Assembly (NCBI GenBank): GCA_018303805.1 | Contig: JAGVXL010000001.1 | Span: 110,208 to 174,207, forward strand | Direction: 5' to 3' | Length of the DNA stretch: 64,000 nucleotides | DNA from: Candidatus Pacearchaeota archaeon | Lineage (GTDB): Archaea > Nanobdellota > Nanobdellia > Pacearchaeales > DTIR01 | In this document: piece by piece, positions 28,098 to 37,105 of the stretch | Layout of the letters: each line of letters starts with the position of its first letter | How positions within the stretch are numbered: position 1 is the stretch's first letter | Made by a program: the position numbers and the translations under genes | Notes under the pieces: model-generated | The model's database searches: none | Told to the model about the DNA's origin: nothing | Seen by the model: only the letters and a program-made list of their open reading frames with translations

Positions 28098-28631
28098 ATG
28101 CGCTTGAATAATAGAAAGGCAGTTTCTGCATTAGTCGCTACAGTGCTGCTTATCCTTATAACTGTTGCAGCAGTTGGGATAATTTGGGGCGCAATCATGC
28201 CCATGCTCAACAGAGCTATGGAAATGGGGCAGGCATGTTTGAACGCAAGGCTGACAATTGACACAACTTCTGGCTATACATGTTATAAATCAACAACAAC
28301 AGAAGCAATGATTATGGTTGGCAGAGGGGCAGAGGAATTTGATTTGGCTGGGATGAACATAATGGTAAGCGGCGGCGGGCAATCCAAAACATTCCTGATT
28401 AAGAACGGAACAGCTGTTCAGGCTGATGGCATAAATATAGGGGTAAAAATGGTTGACGGCAAAACAACAATGGATATACCAAAGCCAAATGAAGAAAGAA
28501 CATACATCTTGTTCATCGGGACTAATTTGAGCAGCGTAGAAGAAGTCAAAGTTGCTCCGCTTGCGAAAGTCGGCAACACAGAGAGGACTTGTGATATCTC
28601 CTCAAAAGTGCCATTGACAACTTGCGTTTAG
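28098..28631 (+). CDS. Type IV pilin-like protein (candidate major pilin)
   Basis: RKA/VSALVATVLLILIT; own TATA and strong AGGAGGT RBS. Confidence 0.88.
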   Translation: MRLNNRKAVSALVATVLLILITVAAVGIIWGAIMPMLNRAMEMGQACLNARLTIDTTSGYTCYKSTTTEAMIMVGRGAEEFDLAGMNIMVSGGGQSKTFLIKNGTAVQADGINIGVKMVDGKTTMDIPKPNEERTYILFIGTNLSSVEEVKVAPLAKVGNTERTCDISSKVPLTTCV

Positions 28632-28685
28632 GAAATTTTGTTTATTTTTTTATTTTAGATATCTTTTATTTTTGCTTGATTGAAA

Positions 28686-29216
28686 ATGCAAAAAAATGCA
28701 CAAGTCTGGATTGAGTCTGTCCTTTACACACTTATTGGTCTGGCGATAATTGGCTTGCTTCTGGCTGTGATGAGGCCGAAAATAGCACAGACACAGGACC
28801 AATTTATAATACAGCAAACTATCCGCGCATTAAACGAGATAGACAATAAAATTCTGGAAATAAAACAGGCAACAGGCAACAGGCGCATAATAGAATTTCA
28901 GCTTTCCAAAGGTGAACTAACAATACTTGCGTCTGACGACAGGATAGAGTGGAAACTTCCAGGAAGCAGCTATATGTATTCTGAGCCCGGCTTTACAGCA
29001 TCGGTTAATAATATCAAGGTCTTAACAGATAAGATTGCCGACAAGTATGATATCACTTTGATTCTGGATTATAAAAACAAAAATGATTTGCTTATAGATT
29101 CTACGCAAACTTCAAGAACATTGCAGCCGGCAAAAACACCTTACTCATTGACAGTTGAGAATGCAGGGCAGGATGCGCAAAGTAAGCTGATAAAGGTTGA
29201 TTTCTCTGTTCAGTAA
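28686..29216 (+). CDS. Class III signal peptide (pilin-like) protein
   Basis: KNA/QVWIESVLYTLIGL. Confidence 0.8.
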   Translation: MQKNAQVWIESVLYTLIGLAIIGLLLAVMRPKIAQTQDQFIIQQTIRALNEIDNKILEIKQATGNRRIIEFQLSKGELTILASDDRIEWKLPGSSYMYSEPGFTASVNNIKVLTDKIADKYDITLILDYKNKNDLLIDSTQTSRTLQPAKTPYSLTVENAGQDAQSKLIKVDFSVQ

Positions 29217-29266
29217 AAAAGCAAGGAAAACAAGATTTAAAAATTAAAATCCATTAAGAGATCTGT

Positions 29267-29392
29267 GCCCGGATGGCACAATGGCAATGCGCAAGGTTGC
29301 TAAAAGCCTTTCTTAACAAGAAAGCCTTGGGAAAGAAACTACAAACACCTTGTTTCCGCAAGGATATGCAGGTTCGATTCCTGCTCCGGGCG
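29267..29392 (+). tRNA. tRNA-Ser(GCT) with 44-nt intron (29303-29346)
   Basis: GCCCGGA/TCCGGGC acceptor stem, CAAGG/CCTTG anticodon stem, long variable arm, G discriminator. Confidence 0.88.
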
Positions 29393-29445
29393 TTTCAAAT
29401 CCAGATTTTAGAAATCTTTTTAAATGGGGATTATCCAATAAGTCT

Positions 29446-29730
29446 ATGGTATACAGAAAAGAGGATCAGACACAGAAACTGGCCGATTATATAAAGAAGA
29501 ATCTGAGCAGGGGAAAGGGTTACACTGTTGAATCCTTGAAATGGGCTCTTATAAGCCAAGGGCATTCAAGAACCGCAGTTGAAAATGCAGTTGAACTTGC
29601 CAACAAGCAGCTTGCTGCAATGGCTCCTAAGTTGCCGCCAGTCAAGGAAGAAAAGATTGAGTTTGTAGAAGAGCCTGTTGAAGAAAAGAAGGGCTTCTTT
29701 AAGAGATTGCTTGGAATTTTCAAAAGATAA
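29446..29730 (+). CDS. Small helical protein with C-terminal amphipathic helix
   Basis: Start MVYRKEDQ after TATA; YIKKNL..GY....LKWALISQG; ends KKGFFKRLLGIFKR. Confidence 0.7.
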   Translation: MVYRKEDQTQKLADYIKKNLSRGKGYTVESLKWALISQGHSRTAVENAVELANKQLAAMAPKLPPVKEEKIEFVEEPVEEKKGFFKRLLGIFKR

Positions 29731-29740
29731 AAGGCAAGTT

Positions 29741-29971
29741 TTATTTTGGACTCAGTAATTTCTCTGCCAGTTTAATCATCTCTCTCTTTAAACCAATAAA
29801 CACTCCACCTTCTTTGCCTTGAACATAGCTTGATTCCCCTGGTTTTATTATCTCATTTAGCTCCTCTAATTCTATATCAATATGAGTAATTCTTGCATTA
29901 CTCTTGCCTTTTTCATGCAGATACACCTTTGCCTTGCCTAACAGCTTTTTGCCTTCACCTGGACCTGACAT
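29741..29971 (-). CDS. Conserved hypothetical protein
   Basis: 76-aa ORF with upstream TATA. Confidence 0.65.
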   Translation of the reverse strand: MSGPGEGKKLLGKAKVYLHEKGKSNARITHIDIELEELNEIIKPGESSYVQGKEGGVFIGLKREMIKLAEKLLSPK

Positions 29972-30028
29972 AAAGATTAGAGGCAGAAAAGGTATTTAAA
30001 ATTTCACAATTTATAATTTAATGTGCGG

Positions 30029-30101
30029 GGGGCTGTGGTATAGCCTGGTAGCATATCGCCTTCGGGAGGCGATGACCTGCGTTCGAATCGCAGCAGCCCC
30101 A
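30029..30101 (+). tRNA. tRNA-Pro(CGG)
   Basis: GGGGCTG/CAGCCCC acceptor stem; TCGCC-TTCGGGA-GGCGA anticodon arm. Confidence 0.95.
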
Positions 30102-30145
30102 TTTTAGGTTAGATTTAAAAATCCCTATAATCTTGGAGAATTCAT

Positions 30146-30264
30146 AGCGCGGTGGAGCAGCCTGGTTAGCTCGCGAGGCCCATAAAATTAAGGTTTCCTT
30201 AATTTATAAGAAATCTTGATTTCGGATACCTCGAGGTCGCATGGTTCAAATCCTGCCCGCGCTA
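30146..30264 (+). tRNA. tRNA-Met(CAT), initiator-like, with 43-nt intron (30185-30227)
   Basis: A1:U72 pair (AGCGCGG/CCGCGCT), CGAGG/CCTCG anticodon stem, CAT anticodon. Confidence 0.8.
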
Positions 30265-30313
30265 CTCTTCATCATTCTATAAAGGTAACAATAAAAAAGC
30301 TTTTAAATAACAA

Positions 30314-30817
30314 ATGGTTTTAATTCCTATGGGAGAGTTAGATTTGGAATTGATTAATCTTGAAGGGTTGATTAAAAAATTGAATTCTTCGTTGGCGGAC
30401 CATGATGAAGTTATAGAATCAGAGACAAAGGACTTACTTATCCCAAGAGACGCCAAACAAACACTTAGAAAAGGAAGGTATAATCTGATTCAGAATGGTT
30501 TTGGAGGCACTCTTCTTGACGCCCTAGCTAGTTCATGGTCTGAAATCAACATTGGGAGCATTTCTTATGAAGGAGATATAGTTGAGGACAGCGCAGCTTA
30601 CGGCGGAGCATACGAGACAGTAAGGCTAAGAATAGACGGGCCTATTAAATTGAAAAAAGGAGATGTATTGCCTGCTTGTGAAATAAGATTATTTGCTGAG
30701 ATAGATGACACGATGCATGGAAAGCTGTATATAGAAAGAGAGGATTATATCCCTAAATTTTTGTATAAAAAAAGAACAGACTTATCAATAATCCTGCCTA
30801 CAGAATGGTTCTTGTAG
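30314..30817 (+). CDS. Hypothetical protein
   Basis: 167-aa ORF, no recognisable motif. Confidence 0.6.
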   Translation: MVLIPMGELDLELINLEGLIKKLNSSLADHDEVIESETKDLLIPRDAKQTLRKGRYNLIQNGFGGTLLDALASSWSEINIGSISYEGDIVEDSAAYGGAYETVRLRIDGPIKLKKGDVLPACEIRLFAEIDDTMHGKLYIEREDYIPKFLYKKRTDLSIILPTEWFL

Positions 30818-30875
30818 TAGTTTGAAATCTTGATTTAAACTAAATGTTTAAAAATTTGTTTTTTCTTTAACTAAA

Positions 30876-31547
30876 ATGTTAATTCTTGGAATTGACGATG
30901 CAGGCAGAGGCCCTATCATAGGCCCGATGGTTCTGGCAGGGGTTTTAATTGAAAAAAAGGATGAGGCCCATTTAAGAAAGATTGGGGTCAAGGATTCCAA
31001 GAAAGTAACCCCAAAGAGAAGGGAAATTCTTGCTGTTGAAATAAAAAAAATTGCAAAGGATTATCATGCTTCTATCACCCTCCCCCTAGAAATTGACAGC
31101 AGGGCTTTGAATGGATTGAACTTGAATAATATCGAGGCAATTAAATCTGCGGAGATAATAAACAAACTGAACAAGAGCCAGGAAAGAATTGAAGTTGTTA
31201 TTGACTGCCCTTCCCCCAATATCCCAAAATGGCGTGAATATATACTAAAGCATATCCATGAGCCGGATAACCTCATTTTTAAGGTTGAGCATAAGGCAGA
31301 TGTTAATCATATTGCATGTTCTGCAGCATCAATCATCGCAAAGGTTACAAGGGACTCTGAAATTGAGGAAATAAAAAAGCGGATTGGTGTTGATTTTGGT
31401 TCTGGCTATCCTTCTGACCCTGTAACAATAAGCTTTTTGCAAAAACATGGCAAGAAATATAAAAAAGAGGGCATTATCAGAGAGACATGGCAAACATGGC
31501 AGAATTTTAAAGGCAAAAAAGAGCAGAAGAACTTAAAAGATTTTTAA
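30876..31547 (+). CDS. rnhB: Ribonuclease HII
   Basis: GIDDAGRGP, VKDSK, AASIIAKV, GSGYPSDP; C-terminal PIP box QKNLKDF. Confidence 0.96.
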   Translation: MLILGIDDAGRGPIIGPMVLAGVLIEKKDEAHLRKIGVKDSKKVTPKRREILAVEIKKIAKDYHASITLPLEIDSRALNGLNLNNIEAIKSAEIINKLNKSQERIEVVIDCPSPNIPKWREYILKHIHEPDNLIFKVEHKADVNHIACSAASIIAKVTRDSEIEEIKKRIGVDFGSGYPSDPVTISFLQKHGKKYKKEGIIRETWQTWQNFKGKKEQKNLKDF

Positions 31548-31549
31548 TC

Positions 31550-31708
31550 TTATTTCTTTCTTTTACCTGATTTGGCTAATTTCAACAATTTCCTTACTTT
31601 TGCTTCCTTACCTTTGTTGCTTGGCTTCCTGCATTGTTTTTTGCAGACTCTTTTCACGCTTTTTTTAGAATAAGGCTTCTTTTTCACTTTCCCTGTTTTC
31701 AGCGCCAT
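31550..31708 (-). CDS. Small Lys/Arg-rich basic protein (52 aa)
   Basis: MALKTGKVKKKPYSKK...KSGKRKK. Confidence 0.5.
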   Translation of the reverse strand: MALKTGKVKKKPYSKKSVKRVCKKQCRKPSNKGKEAKVRKLLKLAKSGKRKK

Positions 31709-31719
31709 TTTAAAAATAA

Positions 31720-31950
31720 AAAGCCGATAAACGGACTCGGTGATAGAGTGCCTCAACCAATTATTACCGAATCAATCTTAACCTATCGGTTTGGTTTAAA
31801 GGTGATCTCTACCGTGCCATAAAGAAGCTTAATAGGTGCAAGTTTCGTGCAATGAGTTATAGTCCGACCATCACATTAATAGCTGAACACCCAGCAGAGG
31901 CTGTTATGGACGCATCCTTTTCAGGACAACCAAAATGTCCTATCGGCTTT
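31720..31950 (-). ncRNA. Unannotated structured ncRNA, RNase P RNA-like topology
   Basis: 10-bp terminal helix AAAGCCGATA/TATCGGCTTT, pseudoknot pairings, dedicated promoter and T-rich 3' end. Confidence 0.6.
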
Positions 31951-31970
31951 ACTTTCTAAGGGGGTGCCCC

Positions 31971-31986
31971 TATTTATAGTTTTCCG
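31971..31986 (-). promoter_or_regulatory. BRE/TATA promoter of the ncRNA
   Basis: CGGAAAACTATAAATA about 20 nt upstream of the terminal helix. Confidence 0.7.
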
Positions 31987-32106
31987 ACTACTCCGGAGGT
32001 ATAAAAATAAACAGGGCAAGTTTAATGATAATGGCAACAGCTAAATATTCTTATGCATACAAAATTCCGACGGAAAATTTAAAAATGTCTATTGTCAAAG
32101 GTTAAC

Positions 32107-34965
32107 ATGCCATCCATAAAAAAGCTGGTGATTCATGGCTTTAAGTCATTTGCCAAGCCGACAGAAATCATGTTTGACAAGACTATGAACACTATTGTTG
32201 GCCCCAATGGCTCTGGCAAGAGCAATGTTTCTGATGCTATCTGTTTTGTCTTGGGCAGATTAAGCATAAAATCTATCCGCGCAGAAAAGGCAGCCAATCT
32301 AATATATAATGGAGGCAAGGAAAACCGGCCTGCAGAAGAGGCAAAAGTAGACATGATATTTGACAATTCTGACAAGATTTTTCCTGGGAATGAAGAGGTA
32401 AAAATAACAAGAATTGTCAGAAGAGACGGGCAGAGCATTTATAAAATAGACAGCAAGACAAAAACAAGACAGGAAGTTCTGGACTTGCTTGCTCAGGCGG
32501 GCATAGACCCTTATGGCTTTAACATTATCCTGCAGGGGGAGATTTCAAGGTTTGTCGAGATGAGAAATGATGAAAGAAGGGGGATAGTGGAGGATATAGC
32601 TGGAATAGGTATATACGAGGCAAGAAAAGAAAAATCCTTGCATGAACTGGAAAGAACAGACGATAGGTTGAAAGAGGTTAACACTGTATTAAGAGAAAGA
32701 ACTGCTTATTTAAGGAATTTGGAAGAAGAAAGGCAGCAGGCGCTAAAATTCAAGAAACTGGAGGAAACAGTGGCTAGATGCAAGGCGTCAATCATCAAAA
32801 AGAAAATTGACGAGAAGGCAAGGGAAAAGGATAGGGTTGAAGATGATATAGCAAAAGAAACAGGGGGTGCAGATAAAATTGAAAGCAATATCATCAAGGT
32901 TGAAGAGGAGATTAAAAAAATAAAAATCAGGATTGAGGATATAAACAGCAGGGTGCAGAAATCTGCAGGAATCGAGCAAACCTCCTTAACAGCCAGCATA
33001 ACCGAACTGAAGGCAGAGATTGCCGGATTAAGCGTGAAAAAGGAGAACTACCAGAACCAGGTTGAGTCCATAGCAAGAAGAAAAGACGAGCTTGAAAAGA
33101 ATATCTCCCGCTTGCAGAATGAAATAGAAGAGATGAGAAAAAGCAAGGGCAAATCCGTAAAGCAAGAAGTGGAAAACAAGAAAAAAACACTCGAGGATTT
33201 TAACGAAAGGAAAGCTAAATTTTACTCCTTGAAATCCGCATTAAGCGTGCTGAATGAACGCTTTAATGACAAGAAGAATGAACTGCAGAAAATTGAACAG
33301 GAATATGAATTTACATTCAAGAGAATTGAGGAAACTGAATCTTTATTAAAATTTAAGGACAGCCTGGAAAAAAATAAGGATTTGCTTGCTGTTTTGAAAA
33401 AGGAAGTTAAACAAAACAGGGAAAAACAGCAGGAAGCTGAAAAAGAAATTATCGAGGCTGAAAAAGAAACGGCAGCTTGCTCAAGGCAGATTTTTGAAAT
33501 TGAAAAAATCAAGAAACAGGTTTCTGAACTGGATATTTGCCCTCTATGCAAGACAAAAATAACATCAGAGCACATACATGATATTGAAAAAGAGGCAGAT
33601 GATAAAATTGCCATAATCAAAGAGATAATTGAGAACATGTCAAGGCAGAAAGGCAGGGCATGGGACTCAAAGGAGGATTCTATTATAATCCTCAAAGAAA
33701 AAGGGGAGGAGATTAATGAAAGGGAGAAGGATATAGTGAGGCTGGAGAGAATAGAAGAAAAGAAACAGCAGCTCAAAAAGCTTGATGAAGGCAAAAAGAA
33801 AATTTCAGATGAAATAGATGACTTAGAAAACAGGAAGAATCAGGCTCAAAAATCCATTTCAGAGTTTGAGGATATAGAGCAGAAATATGAACTGTTAAAG
33901 CTGGAAGTGGATGAGCTTAAAAGGCATGAAGAGATTGACGTTGGCACAGAAATAACATACAAGCTTCGCGAGTTGGAAAAGGTGAAGATTATCATAAGGC
34001 AGATTTCTATGCAGGGAAGCGAATTAGAAAATGAGATACAGGAGATAGGCAAGGAGCTTAGTGGAAAGCAGAAGGAAGCCCGGGAAAAGGAAAAGCAGGA
34101 ACTGGAGATACAAGCAAGATACAAAAAACTGTTTGAAGAGAAAGGCAATCTGCAGGACAAAATCAGGCTTTTTGAATCTGACATGCTGAAAAAACAGAAT
34201 GATGCCAGAATTCTTGAAGGGCAGCTTAATAATTTCAAGATTAAAAAGGCAGAAATAAACGCTCAGATAGAATCATTGGAGATGGAATACAAGGAATTTG
34301 GAACTCTTGAGGTAATCAAGGCTTCAGTTGAAGAACTGCAAAATAGGCTGGAAAATTCACAAAAGCTGCTTGATGTTATTGGCAGCGTTAACCTCAAAGC
34401 TCTGGAGATTTATGATAACATCAAAAGGGATTATGATTCAATTGCATTAAAAGTTGAGCAGCTTGAAAAGGAAAAGCAGGAGATTCTCAGGATAATTGAA
34501 GAGATTGACAAGAAAAAGAAAAACAGCTTCATGAAAACTTTGAATGCTATTAACCAGTTGTTTTCTGATAATTTTTCCAGGCTGAGCACAAAGGGGCAGG
34601 CGTGGCTTGAGCTTGAGAATACAGAGGATGCTTTTTCAGGTGGCTTGGACATAATTGTCAGGATTGCAAAGGGCAAATATATGGATATAAGCAGTTTGTC
34701 AGGAGGCGAGCAAGTGCTGGTGGCTTTGTCGCTTATATTTGCAATACAGGAATATAAGCCATACTGCTTCTATATCTTTGACGAGATTGATGCCGCGCTT
34801 GACAAGAGGAATTCCGAGAGACTGGCTGGCTTGCTTACTGCCTACACGAAAAAATCACAATGCATCATTGTCACGCATAATGATTCCATAATCTCCAATT
34901 CAGCAACCCTATATGGGGTGAGCATGCAGGATGGGGTGAGCAAGATTGTGAGCTTGAAGGTGTAA
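32107..34965 (+). CDS. smc: SMC family ATPase with central CPLC zinc hook
   Basis: GFKSF, GPNGSGKSN, ILQG, LSGGE, FDEIDAALD; CPLC at the midpoint (33538-33549). Confidence 0.9.
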   Translation: MPSIKKLVIHGFKSFAKPTEIMFDKTMNTIVGPNGSGKSNVSDAICFVLGRLSIKSIRAEKAANLIYNGGKENRPAEEAKVDMIFDNSDKIFPGNEEVKITRIVRRDGQSIYKIDSKTKTRQEVLDLLAQAGIDPYGFNIILQGEISRFVEMRNDERRGIVEDIAGIGIYEARKEKSLHELERTDDRLKEVNTVLRERTAYLRNLEEERQQALKFKKLEETVARCKASIIKKKIDEKAREKDRVEDDIAKETGGADKIESNIIKVEEEIKKIKIRIEDINSRVQKSAGIEQTSLTASITELKAEIAGLSVKKENYQNQVESIARRKDELEKNISRLQNEIEEMRKSKGKSVKQEVENKKKTLEDFNERKAKFYSLKSALSVLNERFNDKKNELQKIEQEYEFTFKRIEETESLLKFKDSLEKNKDLLAVLKKEVKQNREKQQEAEKEIIEAEKETAACSRQIFEIEKIKKQVSELDICPLCKTKITSEHIHDIEKEADDKIAIIKEIIENMSRQKGRAWDSKEDSIIILKEKGEEINEREKDIVRLERIEEKKQQLKKLDEGKKKISDEIDDLENRKNQAQKSISEFEDIEQKYELLKLEVDELKRHEEIDVGTEITYKLRELEKVKIIIRQISMQGSELENEIQEIGKELSGKQKEAREKEKQELEIQARYKKLFEEKGNLQDKIRLFESDMLKKQNDARILEGQLNNFKIKKAEINAQIESLEMEYKEFGTLEVIKASVEELQNRLENSQKLLDVIGSVNLKALEIYDNIKRDYDSIALKVEQLEKEKQEILRIIEEIDKKKKNSFMKTLNAINQLFSDNFSRLSTKGQAWLELENTEDAFSGGLDIIVRIAKGKYMDISSLSGGEQVLVALSLIFAIQEYKPYCFYIFDEIDAALDKRNSERLAGLLTAYTKKSQCIIVTHNDSIISNSATLYGVSMQDGVSKIVSLKV

Positions 34966-35046
34966 TTTTTAAGAGAAAAAAGAGAAGCGAAAGGTTTAAA
35001 TATTATAGATTATAATGATTTATAATAAATCATAACAAAAATTAAA

Positions 35047-35283
35047 ATGGTGCAGAATATAATAAATATAGAAGAAAAAGAAGACAGAGTATTGAATATA
35101 GTCAAAGCTAAGTTTGGCTTGAAAAACAAAAGTGAAGCAGTCGCCTTAATCGCAAAAGTATATGAAGAAAGCTTTCTTGAGCCTGAATTAAGACCTGGAT
35201 ACCTCCAAAAACTGGAAAAGATAAGAAAAGGCAGATATATCAAGTTTAATTCTGTTGATGAATTAAGAAAAGCAACAAGTTAA
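35047..35283 (+). CDS. Antitoxin (DUF2683-like)
   Basis: RVLNIVKAKFGLKNKSEA...EPELRP. Confidence 0.75.
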   Translation: MVQNIINIEEKEDRVLNIVKAKFGLKNKSEAVALIAKVYEESFLEPELRPGYLQKLEKIRKGRYIKFNSVDELRKATS

Positions 35284-35293
35284 AAGAGGCAAC

Positions 35294-35563
35294 ATGTACA
35301 ACTTTATTGTAAGTGAACACTTTCACGATATACTAAAAAAGCTCTCTAAAAAAGACAAAAATCTGCATAAACAGATTTTAAAGAAAATTGATGAAATTAT
35401 AAACTGCTATGATGTGGGGCATTATAAGAATTTGAGATATAATATGAAGGATTCAAAGAGCGTTCATATAGGGCATTTTGTTCTTGTTTTCCAGTTTGAT
35501 AAGAAAACAAAGACAATAAACTTTGATGATTTTGACCATCACGATAAAGTTTACAAAAGGTAA
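35294..35563 (+). CDS. RelE/YafQ-like toxin
   Basis: HYKNLRY...VHIGHFVLVF...FDHHDKVY. Confidence 0.8.
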   Translation: MYNFIVSEHFHDILKKLSKKDKNLHKQILKKIDEIINCYDVGHYKNLRYNMKDSKSVHIGHFVLVFQFDKKTKTINFDDFDHHDKVYKR

Positions 35564-35617
35564 GCAAGAGATAGGATTAGTAGAATAGTAGGATTATGAG
35601 TTTGAAGATTTAATTCT

Positions 35618-36271
35618 TCAAGGATTATTTCTTAACAACTCCAAAAGTTTCTGGTTTTCTGAATAATAAACCCATCTATACCATGGACCTACTCTTGATA
35701 TTTCTTTATTAGTAGTAGTTGTAATCAAATGCTGAAACTCTAAGAAAGGTATTGCTTCTTTGAAGAGTCTTGACTTTTCTGTGCCTTTTATTAAAAGTTC
35801 TACAATCGGATTTTTTCTTCTAAGATGTGCATTATTTTGGAAGTCCTTTAAAGAAAATATTTGCTCATCTGTTAGTTTTCTTGCATCAACTATTTTATCT
35901 ACTTCAAAATAACCAATAGCAAAAACATCCCAATCTTCTTTTTTATTATCAATATCTAGGGTTGAGTAAAATAAAATGTAAACCCTATTATTTTTTACAT
36001 TAGTTTTGTATAATATACTATCTCCAAATCCTCTTCTAATGTGCCCATAGGTACAAGTCTTAAATTCTGGGTCATAGTGGCAAGGATAATCTAAAGATTC
36101 ATTTATACATGTGTTATTTAAATCCTTAAATGTAAATTTTATTCTTTGGTCTTCGGTTTCTTCAATAGGAATATAACAAAAAGTCCTATCTTTTGAATTA
36201 AAAAAACCCCTGCCTGTTGGAGAAGTTCCCATTGCACCAACATTCAAGCCAATAATAATAGGTTTAGCCAT
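35618..36271 (-). CDS. Nucleotide modification associated domain 3 (Nmad3)-like protein
   Basis: NVGA, F.YIPIEE, HYDPEF..CTYG, FYSTL, IGYFEV, NNAH. Confidence 0.65.
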   Translation of the reverse strand: MAKPIIIGLNVGAMGTSPTGRGFFNSKDRTFCYIPIEETEDQRIKFTFKDLNNTCINESLDYPCHYDPEFKTCTYGHIRRGFGDSILYKTNVKNNRVYILFYSTLDIDNKKEDWDVFAIGYFEVDKIVDARKLTDEQIFSLKDFQNNAHLRRKNPIVELLIKGTEKSRLFKEAIPFLEFQHLITTTTNKEISRVGPWYRWVYYSENQKLLELLRNNP

Positions 36272-36272
36272 A

Positions 36273-37070
36273 TCAAGTCACCTTGAAATCAACCCGAATC
36301 CTGAACTTGTAAGGCGCAATCTCCCCAGCTTTTTTGACTCTGATAATTTTAATTTTCTTCCTGCATTTTTTTGCCGCAATTCCTATTGCCTTGATTTTTC
36401 CTTCAATGTCCTGCTGCTTTGCAAAATCATAATAAAAGATTTTTGTGCCTTTCTTTGAAACTGCAAATGCCTCTTTCAGAAATGTGTCCTTTAACTGGGG
36501 CCTTGGCATGACAATAAAGTCAAATTTATCTTTTAATTTTAATTTCTGCACAACTTTCTTAACATCACCCTGGATGATTTTTAGATTGTTCAGCTTGTTC
36601 AGTTTCACATTTTCATCTGCATATCTGCACGCCTCCCTATTAAGCTCAACTGCTGTAACCTCTGCCTTGGGATTCTGTTTTGCTGCCACAATGGCATAGG
36701 GTGCTATCCCTGCAAACATGACCAAAACTCTTTTTCTGCCTTTTTGTTTCGCTATCTCATTCGCAATTTCATGCCTTTCATTGCTTAATCTAGGGGAAAA
36801 ATAGCAGGTTTCCACATCCAGATTCATAAGGCAATTATTCTCTTTATGGATTGCCTCTTTTGTTTTATCCCCAAGGACTATCATCAACTTCCTTTTTCTC
36901 AGCCTGCCCTTTACCCTGCCTGTCTTAAGAAGAACAGTTCTTATGTGCCTGTTTGAAGCGAGAATTTTTTCTGCAAGTTTCTTCGCCTCTTTTTTCCTCT
37001 CATCAGGCAATTGCAGTATTGCAATACTGCCTATCACCTCAAATGGCATGTGCCCTGCTTGCTTGTGCAT
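36273..37070 (-). CDS. trm5: Trm5/Taw2 family SAM-dependent tRNA transferase
   Basis: IGSIAI, HKENN, YFSPRLSNER, VMFAGIAPY, ENVKLNK. Confidence 0.85.
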   Translation of the reverse strand: MHKQAGHMPFEVIGSIAILQLPDERKKEAKKLAEKILASNRHIRTVLLKTGRVKGRLRKRKLMIVLGDKTKEAIHKENNCLMNLDVETCYFSPRLSNERHEIANEIAKQKGRKRVLVMFAGIAPYAIVAAKQNPKAEVTAVELNREACRYADENVKLNKLNNLKIIQGDVKKVVQKLKLKDKFDFIVMPRPQLKDTFLKEAFAVSKKGTKIFYYDFAKQQDIEGKIKAIGIAAKKCRKKIKIIRVKKAGEIAPYKFRIRVDFKVT

Positions 37071-37105
37071 ATCAGCAGAAGATTTTTAAACTTTAAAAAT
37101 CTTTA

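Noticed and set aside
29273-29494. ORFs starting inside tRNA-Ser
   Set aside because: They overlap the tRNA; the real gene more likely starts at 29446 after a TATA box
31634-31822. 62-aa plus-strand ORF and 5' extension of the basic peptide ORF
   Set aside because: They overlap the structured ncRNA and have no protein-like features
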